64,000 bases of DNA, from the NCBI GenBank assembly GCA_000165425.1, contig CT868207.1, positions 248,001 through 312,000 on the forward strand, written 5' to 3'. Shown in pieces: positions 27,798 through 40,629 of the stretch (the first letter of the stretch is position 1; each line of letters begins with the position of its first letter). The translations under genes and the position numbers were made by a program. A model generated the notes under the pieces. It was not told the origin of the DNA. It worked only from the letters and a program-made list of their open reading frames with translations, and did no database searches. The DNA comes from Paramecium tetraurelia (lineage: Eukaryota).

Positions 27798-28618
27798 ACG
27801 TTTTATTTGCAGAGACACTGAGTTTGAAATCTCTGAATCATTAAATATATTAATATTATGATAGTTAGGACATTGTATATAAATTGATAAAGAAAAAATA
27901 ATATTAATTAATATAATTTAAATAGAATTAAATGCAATAATAAACTTTGAAATTATCAAATGCTTGAGTGAATCTTCCACTACTTTTCATATAATATCTA
28001 AATTTTTGTATAATTCATTTATAAGAATTTAGCCTTGATTTTCTTCGATAAAACTAGAGACATCAGCAAAATCAATTTAATAAAAAAGAAGATTCAAAAC
28101 GAATCATGATTTAATTAATATCTAATTTCTAGATAGATTCAAAACAAAATGTAAATGTAAGAAATAATATCACTACAGGAATTAGTCAATCAGAAGCTAT
28201 GATACAATGTAGAAGCCAAATATGGTAATATCTCAAAAAACTGGAGATGTGAAAATATAGGAAAATATTATGAAATGAACCATTGATAGTTATCAAAGTA
28301 ATTATAACTATGAAACTTTACATTATGTTTGGCATCAAACAATAAAAATATAAAGTTAAGTATTAGGAATTAAAATCAAAATATAGTAAGAATACCTTAG
28401 TATAATCAATTAGATCATTCTACTAAAAGGCAAGGAATTATTGATTAATTTAATGATTCAAAATTTTTGAATAATACAATTATGCTATATATTAAGTTTA
28501 TATAAAGAATTGGAATAACTATCATATATATACAATCAGATAACTCTTAAACTGTTGCTCTGAAATTCAGTCTTCAGCTAAATTCTATTGATTTAAATAT
28601 TATAAATATATAAAAATA

Positions 28619-29356
28619 ATGGGAGTGGCATAAACATGTATGAAAGAAAAGAACTCTACTCCCCAAATTGAATATAGTGTTCCTATGATATTTAAAAGAA
28701 AGCCATAAGGCAAAAAGCCTCGTAAATAGAATATATTAATCCCTCCTTTATCATAGTTGGGAGAAAATGAAGAATCATTAGAATAACTCGAGCTGACGTT
28801 ATAAGAAACAAACATCAATTTTAGCATTCATAAAACTGCAACTTTTAATAGTAGTAGTGCTAATCGTTAATCCATAAAGATAAATCCAAGCCTGAATTTC
28901 TCTCTTAATACAACAACCCCAAATTCCGTAATGTAATCGATGCTTCCTAATTCATCTTTTTAAGAGACCAATTAAAACAATCAAGAACCTATCTAATAGA
29001 AGTAACAATAGCACAAGGAATCTCTATTTAAGATGAGATCAGAGGCAAGGAATGATAGACGAGACAATTTTGCTAGAAGTTTGAGTAACAATTCGAGAGC
29101 CCAACGAGCTTAGAAAGACAATGATGAATCTTCCATTTCATAAAGAAAAGATTCAGAGACCAATACTAAAAAAAGTATATTGAAAAATAAATCACCAATC
29201 CAAGCAAATTAATTAAAAAGAGGTATAAGTCTTAAATAGTAATAACCGCCATTAAATTTCGATGACACATAATCATAAAAAACATCCAAAAGTTAAAAAA
29301 GAGTAAAATTCGATCCAAAAATTTTCAGACCTAAGAATACTCATTTTTTGTAATGA
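28619..29356 (+). CDS. disordered protein with MG..C N-terminus and SILK + RVxF motifs (candidate PP1 regulator)
   Basis: Intronless 245 aa: MGVAQTCMKEK..KKSILKNKSP..KRVKFDPK..HFLQ*. Confidence 0.82.
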
Positions 29357-29620
29357 ATTTAATATCTTATTATCTTTTATAAATCAAATTTTATGTAAAA
29401 AATTAAATCCACAATTCTGACATAAATACAATAAATGAGATTCTTGTTATCAACAAATCTTCCTCCTTTTTTCATACTCATTCAATTATTATTTTTTTCC
29501 AATTCAGAATGCCATAATAATCTATGTTGACTTTCCTTTGAGTCTTATAAAAATCAAATAATAAGAACCTTGAATAAAATTATCAAAACATATTTATAAT
29601 GATGATTATTTATTAAATTA

Positions 29621-30442
29621 ATGTAGAGAATATTACCCTATGCATTTCATGGATTAGATTATTTATATGAGCCACAACTGGCAAGATTCTATAATCTAAT
29701 CCCTGCATTTTATACTTAAAAACTCGGAGAAGGATTTTTGAATCAAACAACTTAAGTCTATTCATCATTATTACAATCTATTGCAGAATAAGACAAAGAG
29801 TTTTTAAAATAAATTCTAGAGCCAAAGTTATACCATGCCACATCCCATTGTATGGATTTGTTAGAGCAAAAACAGCTAAAGCTATAATATGTCGAATAGG
29901 ATCAATTAGAAAATGAAGATAAGTAAGATCAAGAAGAAGAGGAAGAAACTTAATAGCCTTAATAGTAGTTTAGTTTCTTTTCAAAAAAGATTTAAAAGAA
30001 TTAGTAATGATTTTCTCATATTAATTAGAAGCAATAGTTCACCTTATCACATTTATTAAGAAAAAGATTATAAATGCAATATCGATGTTAGAGGGGTCTT
30101 TGGAGTGAAAATTAATAGAATTGAAAACTAGAATACTCGATTTTTTTAGATTCCTGCTTTTCCTGTCACTCCAAGGTATTTATATTTATTTTAAATAGGA
30201 ATTATTTTGTTAATATTAAAAATCCATTCGGTCTTTATGAAAACTAAATTATAGTTGCTAATATATTAATCCACACAAGTAAGAAATTAATTGCAGTTGA
30301 TGAGTAAGGAAAAGTAGTTCATGGCAATTCTGATAACAATTAATTTTAATATCATAAATTAAGATTAGAATCTTATGTACCAAATTTTAATTGGGTAATC
30401 ACTGATATAGATGATTATCTCAAAGGAAATCCTTATTTTTGA
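29621..30442 (+). CDS. hypothetical protein
   Basis: MQRILPYAFHGLDYLYEP..acidic patch..WVITDIDDYLKGNPYF*; two short introns. Confidence 0.75.
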
Positions 30443-30852
30443 GCATTTATTTTAAGCAATATATTTATTTGATTATTTCATTATATCAATAGAAGTTATT
30501 CTTTAATAAATAATTACTCTTTATTCCTATATTCATACTCATATAGGTTAAGACTAATTAAATTAAATTGTTTAGATATTAAAATATTTATATTTGAATT
30601 TTGATCTTCTTTAATTCTCAAAAATCTTTTGATTAAATTTAATAAACCTACATTATTTTAAGCTTTCAATTCCTACTAAATGTATTTAAGGTTCTATTAA
30701 AATATCGTTATTAGCCGAAAGATTATAAAAGATATCAAAAGCTAATTTCCATGAGATGCTATTAAAATTCACGGTTTTAAGATTTTATATAGTCTAGTTT
30801 TACTTTATAAAGTTGACCTAAATTATTATATTTATTTTACAAAAATTAATTA

Positions 30853-33519
30853 ATGAATGAAATAAAATAAAATGAATATTTATTAAAAAATAGAAAAGAA
30901 AAAGAATGGTTGAATAGAAAATAATTAAAATTTTTAAGAGACACAGCTGTTACGAGTGATGACTCAGGAGATGAATTTGAAAAATAAAAATAATTCGAAA
31001 TTTTTATAAAATAAAAGAAATAATTTCAATGGGAAGAAAGAAGCATTACAATTTTCAGTCTAAAATTTGGTAAAGTCTACTCCGAAGTCATATGTCTCAA
31101 AATTAATCATTACTTGATGTAGCTAGGCAATTTATTCAAAAAAATAAAAAAAAACTTAACTCCTTTACCACCTTATATTATTACGCCTGACGGATCAATT
31201 AAAATGATTTGGGATTTATTGTGTTTATCATTCGTGATTTATGAAATGATTAGTATTCCATTTTAAATAAGTTTTGAAATTGAAATTAGTAAGGAAATCT
31301 CGATGACCTCTTTAGTAGTTTTTGCTTTGGATATTCTCTTGAATTTTAACACTGGAGTTTATTTGGATGGTATATTATCGATGAAAAGAGAGAAAATAAT
31401 AAGGAATTACCTATCATTTTGGTTTTGGATTGATTTAATTTCAACCTTTCCATATGACATAATTATAGATGAATCAGAATCATTGATACAAAGTGCTAAA
31501 TTACTAAGGTTATTTAAATTTTTGAAATTTATCCATATATTAAAACTTCTAAGATTGGCTAAATTAAAAAAGATTATTGACTTATTAGATGAGGTTATTT
31601 AAAATATAAGGATACTTGGTATAGTAATAACCTTTTGTAAACTATTTGTCTTTGTCTTGTTCTTAGCACATGTACTTGGATGCATATTTCATTATGCCTC
31701 AAGAGAGGAATCAAATTCATGGCTAGGAGATAATGAAAATGCTGATTGGTAAATAAGATATATATATTCCTTATATTGGGGTATCGCCACTATGACTACC
31801 GTCGGTTATGGAGATATCAGTCCGACGACTACAACAGAGAGAGGATTAGGAATTATTTTATTGCTAGTCGCTTGTGGAGGATTTGCATTTACTATGAATT
31901 CAATTGGTTTCGCATTATCCTCTTTGGAAGAGAGGACAAATGTTAGAAAATCAAAGGTTAATGTTCTGAATAAATATATGAAATAAGCAAATATACCTGA
32001 TGGTTTATAAAACAAGGTTAGAAAATACTTAGAATATGTGTGGGATAGTCATTAAATTTTATTAAATGATATTACTAGTTTACTTTCATTGGAATTATGT
32101 AAGGATATTTTGGAGTAGGTGAATGGCAAATTATTTGGACATATCGATATATTCTGGTAGTTTCATTCATAAAAATTTTTGGTTGAAGGAATCATACCAA
32201 TTTTAGAGGATAAATTATATTTACCAGAGGAAGTCATTTTTAATGAAATTCCTTCTACAAATTATGATTTATACTTAATTCAAAAAGGAGAAGCCAGCAT
32301 TTATTTTATGAAAACAAATATTGTAATTGATAATAAAACTAAATATGATTACTTTGGGGAAATTAGTTTCTTTACAAATTAAGTAAGATCAGCTAGTGCT
32401 CAAAGTAAATAATTTTCTCACATTTTTATCTTAAATCAAAGTAAATACTTAGAGATTGCAAAAATTTATCCAAGAGATTTATAACAATATTTTAATATTC
32501 GAAATTCTATTTTATTTGAAAAGGATTATAGTTTTTTATAAGTAAGGTGTTATGTTTGCTAAATGGATGATCATATTGCTAAGGAATGCCCAGTATTACA
32601 TTTTTAAGTGTAATTATTCTAACTATAATAGTAATGCTCCTCATTTTTTATCATTTTTACATCAATATTATAGAGTATATTAGGCTTCCTATATCAGGAA
32701 AGATAGAATCGACTTTAATGCAAGATCCTCTTCATACTAAATCCAATAATCCTAAAGAAGATTCTTATAAATAAATTCCAGAAGACAAACTTAAGTTAAT
32801 TCTAAAGGACCCAGAAATTCATTTTTTGTGGATTACTACGACGTTGATTTTGAAGATTTATATAAAAATGACAAACAACCATCAAGACTGATGGCAACTC
32901 TCAAAAACACTTATTTTAATAATAAAAACAAAAAAAAATTTGATTTGTTAAATATGAATATTGATTCTCCCTTGAGTTCCAAAAGATCAATAGGAGCAAT
33001 CACATAAAGAATTATGATTGAAGAGCAACAAATAGATCAAATAGCATCTGATAGATTTAATGACCTTTTAGATTAATTAAATACAATTAAATAGAAAAAA
33101 AGATCATTTACACATATTCATTTTACATTATTACCTGATTTTGAGAAAATATAAATTTACAACAACTTTAGTTAATGGTACAACATTGAAAATGTATTGG
33201 AAAGGTACAAGATAGTTTAACAAAAAGGTCTAATGTCTTAAATACCTCATAAATACACTCGATTTGGATTAGAGGAGTTTATATCTTATCAATAATATTA
33301 TTGTTTTTATCTAAAGAAAAGTGATATATACAGATATTACACAAAATGTCATAAGAATTAAGGGGATGTCTATTATGGATTTGAGAATGGGAGAATATTT
33401 AACTTAAATAGAGTAGAGAAGAAGAGAAGTAAATATATAAAAGTTGATAAAGTATTGTTTAATCTAAAAATTAGTTTAGGAGGCAGGATTTTGTAAAACA
33501 ACAGAAATCAAATGTCTGA
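30853..33519 (+). CDS. cyclic-nucleotide-binding-domain K+ channel (EAG/HCN-like, 6TM)
   Basis: WIDLISTFPYD, basic S4 LLRLFKFLKFIHILKLLRLAKL, pore TMTTVGYGDISP, CNBD YFGEISFFTNQVRSAS. The 3' end assumes a 23-nt intron near 33452-33474; otherwise the frame runs to ~33799. Confidence 0.92.
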
Positions 33520-33765
33520 TGAAAAGTTAGATCTTGTAGAGTGTCTTGTATAATTTTTGTTTCAATCTATAAAGAATTTTGAAAAATAATACTTTTTCAT
33601 TTAAATTAATTTATATCCTCTAATTTTCATTGTCATTCAAATAGATAATGAAATAACCATGAGAACCAAGGGACATAATGAGTAAGAATATTGAAATTAA
33701 ATGAATAGAGCACAAAAATATTAAGTTTGTTAATTCATTCGTCCTAAATTAGCTGATATTATTCA

Positions 33766-34636
33766 TCAAAATAAAACCTAAAGTTTTTCTCTCTTCTGAT
33801 GATTTTTTCTTATTCATTTGATCCGTCAGAATAAACAGAAGGATCTTTTTGATTTATTTGTTAAATTTAATTGAATTAATTCTCCTCATCTGACTCATCA
33901 CTATTAGAACCATCATCATCACTAGATTCAACTTTTTTAGCCTTTTGTTTTTTTGATTATTCTATTTTTTTCTATTAAACTTTCTATTGCTGTTGTATTT
34001 AAACCTTTTTTTTGTTCTTTTTAGTATTATCTTCTTCTTCACTTTCATCACTATTATCATCCTCATCATCCTCATTATCATCATTATCATTATCCTCCCA
34101 TAATTATTCATCTTCTTCATCAATATAATCTTTTTTGTATTGAACTATGACTTATTCTCCAGATTCTGAATCAATAAACTTTTTATTATGTCTATCCCAT
34201 GTTATTTCACCTATTAATATTTAAAGAATTTTACCTTTTTCAATTTTTCTAAGGACAGTTCTTTTTGATCTCTCTCTTAAGCATTTTAGTGTTTCATCCA
34301 TTTCTTCGCCACTTGAACTGTCATCATTTATTTCAATAGGTTCTGTGCATTTAGAGCATTGTTTCAATTCATCAGAACATGCATCACATAATCTTCTGTA
34401 TGCCTTAAAGATGTTTTTCTTCTCGCATTTATAGCATCTTGATAGATCATGGGGAGTCTTGTATTTGCCATATTTAATTTTCCATTCAATCTAAGCCTAA
34501 CACAATTCACACAATCTAATTTAATGTTATAAGTGTACCTATCTAGAGAGGCATTCTAGATCTTCTCTGTGTAGTGGTCATGAAATCTCATTTTGAATGC
34601 AACCTTGTTTTAATATTTTGGTGCTCCCTTTTTCAT
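33766..34636 (-). CDS. C9orf85/DUF2039-like Cys-rich protein with long acidic C-terminal region
   Basis: MKKGAPKYQNKVAFK..LCELCQAQIEWKIKYGKYK..RCYKC..KAYRRLCDAC..CSKC matches the C9orf85 pattern. Confidence 0.8.
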
Positions 34637-34656
34637 TAATTAAATTGTTTATTTTT

Positions 34657-35299
34657 ATGAATACTAAAATAGATATCCCTTAATTTATGAAAGATTAGTT
34701 ACGCAAGGAAACAATTAGTCCTGAACCAGAAAAATAAAAATCATTAAATTTTCATAGAAGATTTACAAGTTCACAGATTGAAAGTGCTGGAAAAAATCAA
34801 ATATCCTCTAAGCATTTGACTAATAAAATTTCAAGTATGACACTTTGAATCAATAGTAGTGCAAGGTTTATAGCAATTGCTTAAGGTGGCTCCACAGAAC
34901 AAAGTGCTTCAACCTAAAGTTTACTCATAGATGCTTATTCACGAGAGCTTTTCTTAATAATACTTAAAAGACTTGAGTGCAGCCTACACTCCCAACCAAT
35001 AAGCAACCCTTCAGAACAACTTCTTTAAGAAAGCATCATTGTCATAAAATTCAACAATGACGAGCAGCATAAAACCGAGAATGAAGAGTGCTAACAAGGA
35101 AACCATCAAGAGGAAATCGCAAAATGAAACTACGTAGTTGTTATCAACTAGAGAGAGGGATAGATAAACTATTGTTTAGTTATAGGAGATAGTGCAAAGG
35201 ACGAATTCATTGTTGTAGCAATATCAGAATGAAATTTGTAGACATATCAAAGAAAAGGAGGATTTAGTCAATATCATCCAACAATTGCAAAGGCTCTGA
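34657..35299 (+). CDS. hypothetical protein with C-terminal coiled coil
   Basis: MNTKIDIPQFMKD.., one 22-nt intron, ends DLVNIIQQLQRL*. The start could instead be the ATG near 34687. Confidence 0.7.
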
Positions 35300-35573
35300 G
35301 TTTTTTTTCAATATTGTTTTAATCGCTTGTGTTTTTAACGTTTAATTTTTAAATTTGACTTCTTTATACTTAACAAATATATACTTTCAACCAAATGTTC
35401 GTTTAAATTAACTGATTCAAAATAGATTACTAATAAAATCTGAGATTATTTTTCATCAATAATCAGATTTATATAAATAATGTTATTTTTGTTGATTTTA
35501 AGATTGATATGAGTGTATTTAATATTTATAAATTATAAGAATATACATATTTAATTTGTTTTTTGATAATGTT

Positions 35574-37062
35574 TCAAGATTGTTTAACTTGTTCAGATTC
35601 AAATCTTCTGAATTTGGTCTTGAAAAAGAAAATGATGTATAAATAAAATGGACCCAGTATAATTAGAATTACCCAAAGCCCGCAATCATGAAATACCTCT
35701 AGAAAAAGAATGTAATTCAAAATGAAGCCGAGAAGCTAGTAATCAAAATAAATAGTACATTTGAAACTTACATCATTACTGTAGTTAAGACCAATTCAAA
35801 ACAAGGGAACATTTTCTCAACGTAGCATTGGATAGCTAATGGCAGAAATGAATTCAAACCAAAACCAATGGCTCCTGAAAATATGATTATCCAAGTATCA
35901 TTGACTACATCTATCAGCAGGACTTTGACCAGGATTCCAAGCATTCCAATGGTCATGAAAGCCTTGTTGAGGATATCATAATGAGGCTTGACGTTCAATT
36001 TTAATTGATAATCAATATATAAACTTGCAATAGTTCCCCCGATGGTACCTGTAGCACAATAGACGATACTCACATATCCAATTTCCTTCTGAGAATAGCC
36101 AAATGGTTCTAATAGAATAGCAACAACGACCATGTAGGCCCAAGCAGCCCCGATAAACATGGACATTGAAAATAAATCCAAAATAGATTCAAGATTCCTA
36201 AAAGCCCTTCTGAATGATTTCATTATAAGCATTTTTTCTGAGGCCAAAATAATTTACATAAATATTTACAGCTGAAAAAGAAGGAGGAGAAGGTGGCTTA
36301 TTTTTGATCATTAATAAACACATGACAAATGCAACAGTGTTCATTATAGAGTAGAGCAGATTCATAAAATCTACTTCCTTTATGATTTCATCTTGCTAAT
36401 TCAAAAGTTTTTCGAAAGTGATGGAAGAATAGAAAATTGAAAAGTTTAATCCTAACAAATTCAGGAAACTTCCCAAACAAGTTGATACAGTTCTCTCATG
36501 AACCGGAAACCATCTGTCTGAAATATCTATTTCATTTAATAAAGAGGATCAATTACATGCCGGAGCTGCCAAAATGAATATTTAACCTATTCCTATCAAA
36601 ACGAATCCTATCATCGCTATTATGTAGTTTTAATGAGCCAGATATATAGTCCATTGTCCTTATATATAAGTATTATTTGACTACCCGATGATGTTAAAAA
36701 TGCAGCCAAAAACAAAGAGTAATCGAGTCTAATATCCATTGGTTTAATACTAAATGGCGCAAGTAGAAAATAGGTAATGTAATAACAAATGCTAAACCAA
36801 GCCACGCCATCCTCATCTACATCATAATAGGAGGCTGCCATTTTTAAAATAGGAGTGTATTGCACAAACCCTAAGGCATTGCAAAATCTGAACTTAAAAT
36901 TTGATTGAATACGTAAATGCACAAAATGCCAATAATACGAGCCACCTTTATTTATATACTTTATATTCTTGTTTCTTTGAATAATAGATGAAAATGAACC
37001 TCAGACGAATTATCTTTTGCTTTTAGCATTAACTCATCGAAACTTGAATTATAAACTTACAT
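35574..37062 (-). CDS. MFS transporter, FLVCR/SLC49 family (copy A)
   Basis: YKVYKQRWLVL, WFPVHERTVST, KNKPPSPPS, about 12 TM segments; ATG 37062, TGA 35574-35576. Confidence 0.88.
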
Positions 37063-37135
37063 TAATTATATGAATATTGCGAGATAAAATGTATATAAAT
37101 TAGATAACAATTGTTAAGAAAAACAAACATCGAAA

Positions 37136-38558
37136 TCAAGCAGCAGCTGCTTATTATTCCATTTCCAAACGGAGGAACTTTGTCTTATATCCAAACATCA
37201 AGTACAGGTAAAATGGTCCCATTGCCACTAAAATGACCCACAATCCGACATCCAGGAACACCTCCAGAATCAAAATGTAATTCAGAATAAAACCAAATAA
37301 CTTTGAATTATTGATGAACATTATACATTTGACATTTGCATTATCGCTGTGGTTAACACTAACTCAAAGGAAGGGAATAACTTCTCTATGTAGCATTGCA
37401 AAGCCAAGGGAAGGAAGGAATTTAACCCAAATCCAATGATCCCAGATAGCACAACAATCACAGTGTCGTTAACATAATTGATGACTAAAGCTTTTATTAA
37501 GATCCCAGCCACTCCTATCGTCAAAAACCCTTTTATTAAATAATCATAATGAGGCTTTGAGTTATTTTTTATTTGATAGTCTACATATATACTAGCCAGA
37601 GTTCCACCCACTGCTCCAGTGGCTGCGTAAACAATACTCACATAACCTATTTGTTCTGTGGTATAATTGAAGGGAGCCAAAAGAATTGCAATCACAACCA
37701 TATAGGCCCAAGATACACCTATGAACATGGAAAATGTTAGCAAATCCATTATTGATTCAATACTTCTGAATGCTCTTTTAAAAGATGGCAGAATCAGCAT
37801 TTTTTCAGATGCCTATCATAATTTAATATTATTACGGCTGATATTGACGGAGGAGTGGCTGGCTTGTTTCTGATCATAGTTATACAAAATATAAAGGCTA
37901 AGGAAGTAAATATGGCAAATAATAAATTCATGAAATCTATTTGGTCGACTATCTCCTCATGATCAGTCACATTTTAGAATGTGATAGATGCATAGACAAT
38001 CGAAAAATTTAATCCAACCAAATTGAAAAAACTACCTAAACTTGTAGATACAGTTCTTTCATGCATGGGGAACCATCTGTCGGAGATATCTATTGGACTT
38101 ATCAAATAAATATACATGCTGGTGCTGCTAAAATAAAAATCTAACCCATCCCGATTAAAATAAACCCTACTAAAGCAAAAGAATAGGTCTATTGAGCTAT
38201 GTAGATAAACCATTAGCCTAAATGAGTTTTCAGTAGTTAATACCTAAGGTTGTCACTAAGGCAGCAAGAAATAAGGACAAGTCTAGTCTCTTTTCCAATG
38301 GACGTATTGTAAACGGACAAAATACTACATATGTAATGTAGTAGCAATTGCTAAACCACACGATGTCCTAGTCAGTTACACCATAATATTCAGCTGCAAG
38401 AGAAAGAATAGGGGAATATTAGACAAATCCGAGTGCATTTGAGAAGCTATTTCACATGGAAAATGTACGTAAATGTGCAAAATGCGAATAAGACTAACCA
38501 ACGCCAACGATAAGCTTTATACTCTTATGTTTTCAAGGCTTCCTCTGGACCCACCATA
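37136..38558 (-). CDS. MFS transporter, FLVCR/SLC49 family (copy B, tandem paralog)
   Basis: YKAYRWRWLVL, WFPMHERTVST, RNKPATPPS; intron layout parallels copy A. Confidence 0.88.
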
Positions 38559-38596
38559 AATAAAAATGATGATTTAATAATATGTAATATTTGTAC

Positions 38597-39770
38597 TCAT
38601 TTTAATTTGTATGTCTGTAATAAATAGCCTCCAAATGCATTCATTTCAACTTTTGGATGAGTTCGATTTTCCAAAACTTAATGGTATCTCATGAAACTAT
38701 CCAAAACATCGATTTTGCCGCAGAGACCCGAAGATAGCAGTTATTCAGCTACCTCATGCAATTTCTCCAAATATGTACTGAATACAACAATTATTCCTCC
38801 CACTGCTACTAATTTCAGGTATTTTTCAAAAATCTCTGTGAATTTGAACTCTCCAGCTATCAAAAGACTATTCTATTTATGAATCATACTGAGTATATTT
38901 GTTTTCGTTTTTCTCAATATCCTCCAGATTTTTAATTAGTTTTATACTCTTAAGAATTTCTTCACTGAAATTCATCTATTAAATTGGCCAATAATCCCTA
39001 AGGTTTGATTTTGTGTGATTCCAAAAAACAGTTGAAATCGATCCTTCACCATCTAATCTCTCTGCAACAGCTGAAACTGCAATACCCTAAATAACATGAA
39101 ATTAAAATACATTAGCATTATCGAACATAAGGATATTTGAATTCTAAGTAATACTTGATAATTACATAAAGAATGCCAAACTGTCCACTCTCATAAAACT
39201 ATTTTATTTAATTTAAGTTTTTACTTAAGTTTTTGAGGAGTTTCTAAGAATTGAGTCTTATGAACATTCTCAATTGTAGTTTTTAAAACCATAAAACAGC
39301 AAATGTACTTTTCCTTCTTTCTCTTTAAATATTTGGCTTTAGAAAATTCAGTTTTTTATTCGAAAGTCTTACTATTTTGAATGACTTCATCGACGATCTC
39401 TTCGCCTTCTTTCTATTTTTTTAATGAAAGTATCTCTTCTTAAGTTAACTTTTATGAATCATTAAAATCAAAAAGATCTTTATTTGTTTTTGTGATTTCA
39501 ATATTTGCATCATCAATTTAATTGTCTAAATCAGTGTTATCATAAAATTAATCTGAAGATATTTCTACGACTGCGTTAGTCTTATCTACTTTCCAAAAGG
39601 TATTATATTATTTATGAAGAAGTACACCAATATCAAATTTATGTTTTCTCCAACCTACCATTCTAATATTTTAAATCAACTAATTACTTTTTCTCATTGA
39701 CTTTAACAATTTTGGATTCATTTCTGTTATCTTCTAAGCAGACCCAAGTATCCTCCTCTATGATTTCCAT
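38597..39770 (-). CDS. TRM6: tRNA (adenine-58-N1)-methyltransferase non-catalytic subunit
   Basis: C-terminal FMRYHQVLENRTHPKVEMNAFGGYLL matches the Trm6/Gcd10 R.YQVL..RTHP...M...GGYLL motif. Confidence 0.85.
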
Positions 39771-39872
39771 AATTATAAATTTAATATAAATATTTGTTAA
39801 ATTCTTTTTCAATCATACTTTATTATTATTATCTACATAATCAAATAATTTAGAAATTAATTAAGAAGACAT

Positions 39873-40516
39873 TCAAATCATTTTTTTGCTTTTCATAACT
39901 TTCTTATATCTGTAAGTTCCAAATACGGTTATTAAGACTGTTACTAAGAGCAGAACAATTGATGAGATTACGATTCTGTATCCCAATTACTGTAATTGTT
40001 GGAGTCTTTAATCTTACCTTTCTGATAAACTTGAGAACATCCCCTATTATCATATAAAAAATGAACTACCTTTATGATATCATAAGAGATTTTCATCTGA
40101 GCCATAAGATTTTCAACAGGTTGTAATTGCGTCATTGGTAATTAGGTATCTATTTTTTAAGATTATTCTTCATTATCTTAAGAGTATTTTAATGAATATA
40201 AAATAGTTGACGTGCTTAAATTTTATATGCATATTTGAATATTGTGGTTATATTTCACTTTAAATTTAAATTGTTGTATCAATTCATTTTGACTCTAATG
40301 TAAATAGCCTTCTTTTTTGAATCTCATCGGATTCTTTGAATAGAGTCAAAATTATACATAAATCTTAATACTAAAGTCTTTTATTGTGCTACTAATTTCC
40401 CCTATAACTGTAAGGCCTTCAGTAAGACTATCACCAAAACAAGTAATCTCCCTTTTCCCTAATGATTAATTGAATTCAATTGCATTGATTTACAAAATGA
40501 GTAATAAAAATAACAT
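39873..40516 (-). CDS. p24/emp24/gp25L (GOLD) cargo receptor, delta/TMED10-like
   Basis: Signal peptide MLFLLLILQINA; GOLD cysteines (ITCFGDSL..IQICIQN); LQPVE coiled coil; TM IVLLLVTVLITVFG; dilysine tail KSKKMI*; two introns. Confidence 0.85.
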
Positions 40517-40629
40517 TTTTATTTAATTATAAATTTATTTATTCTATAGTGAAATATACTTTATTTATTTAATAGAGGGAAGCTTTTGGAAAACACTAAA
40601 TAAAATTAAATGGTTCAATGTAAAATACC

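Noticed and set aside
27900..28600. Possible gene downstream of tRNA-Pro
   Set aside because: No intact frame or recognisable motif found.
33520..33799. Overlap of the K+ channel 3' end with the convergent C9orf85-like gene
   Set aside because: Arises only if a plausible 23-nt intron is ignored; splicing it ends the channel at 33519.
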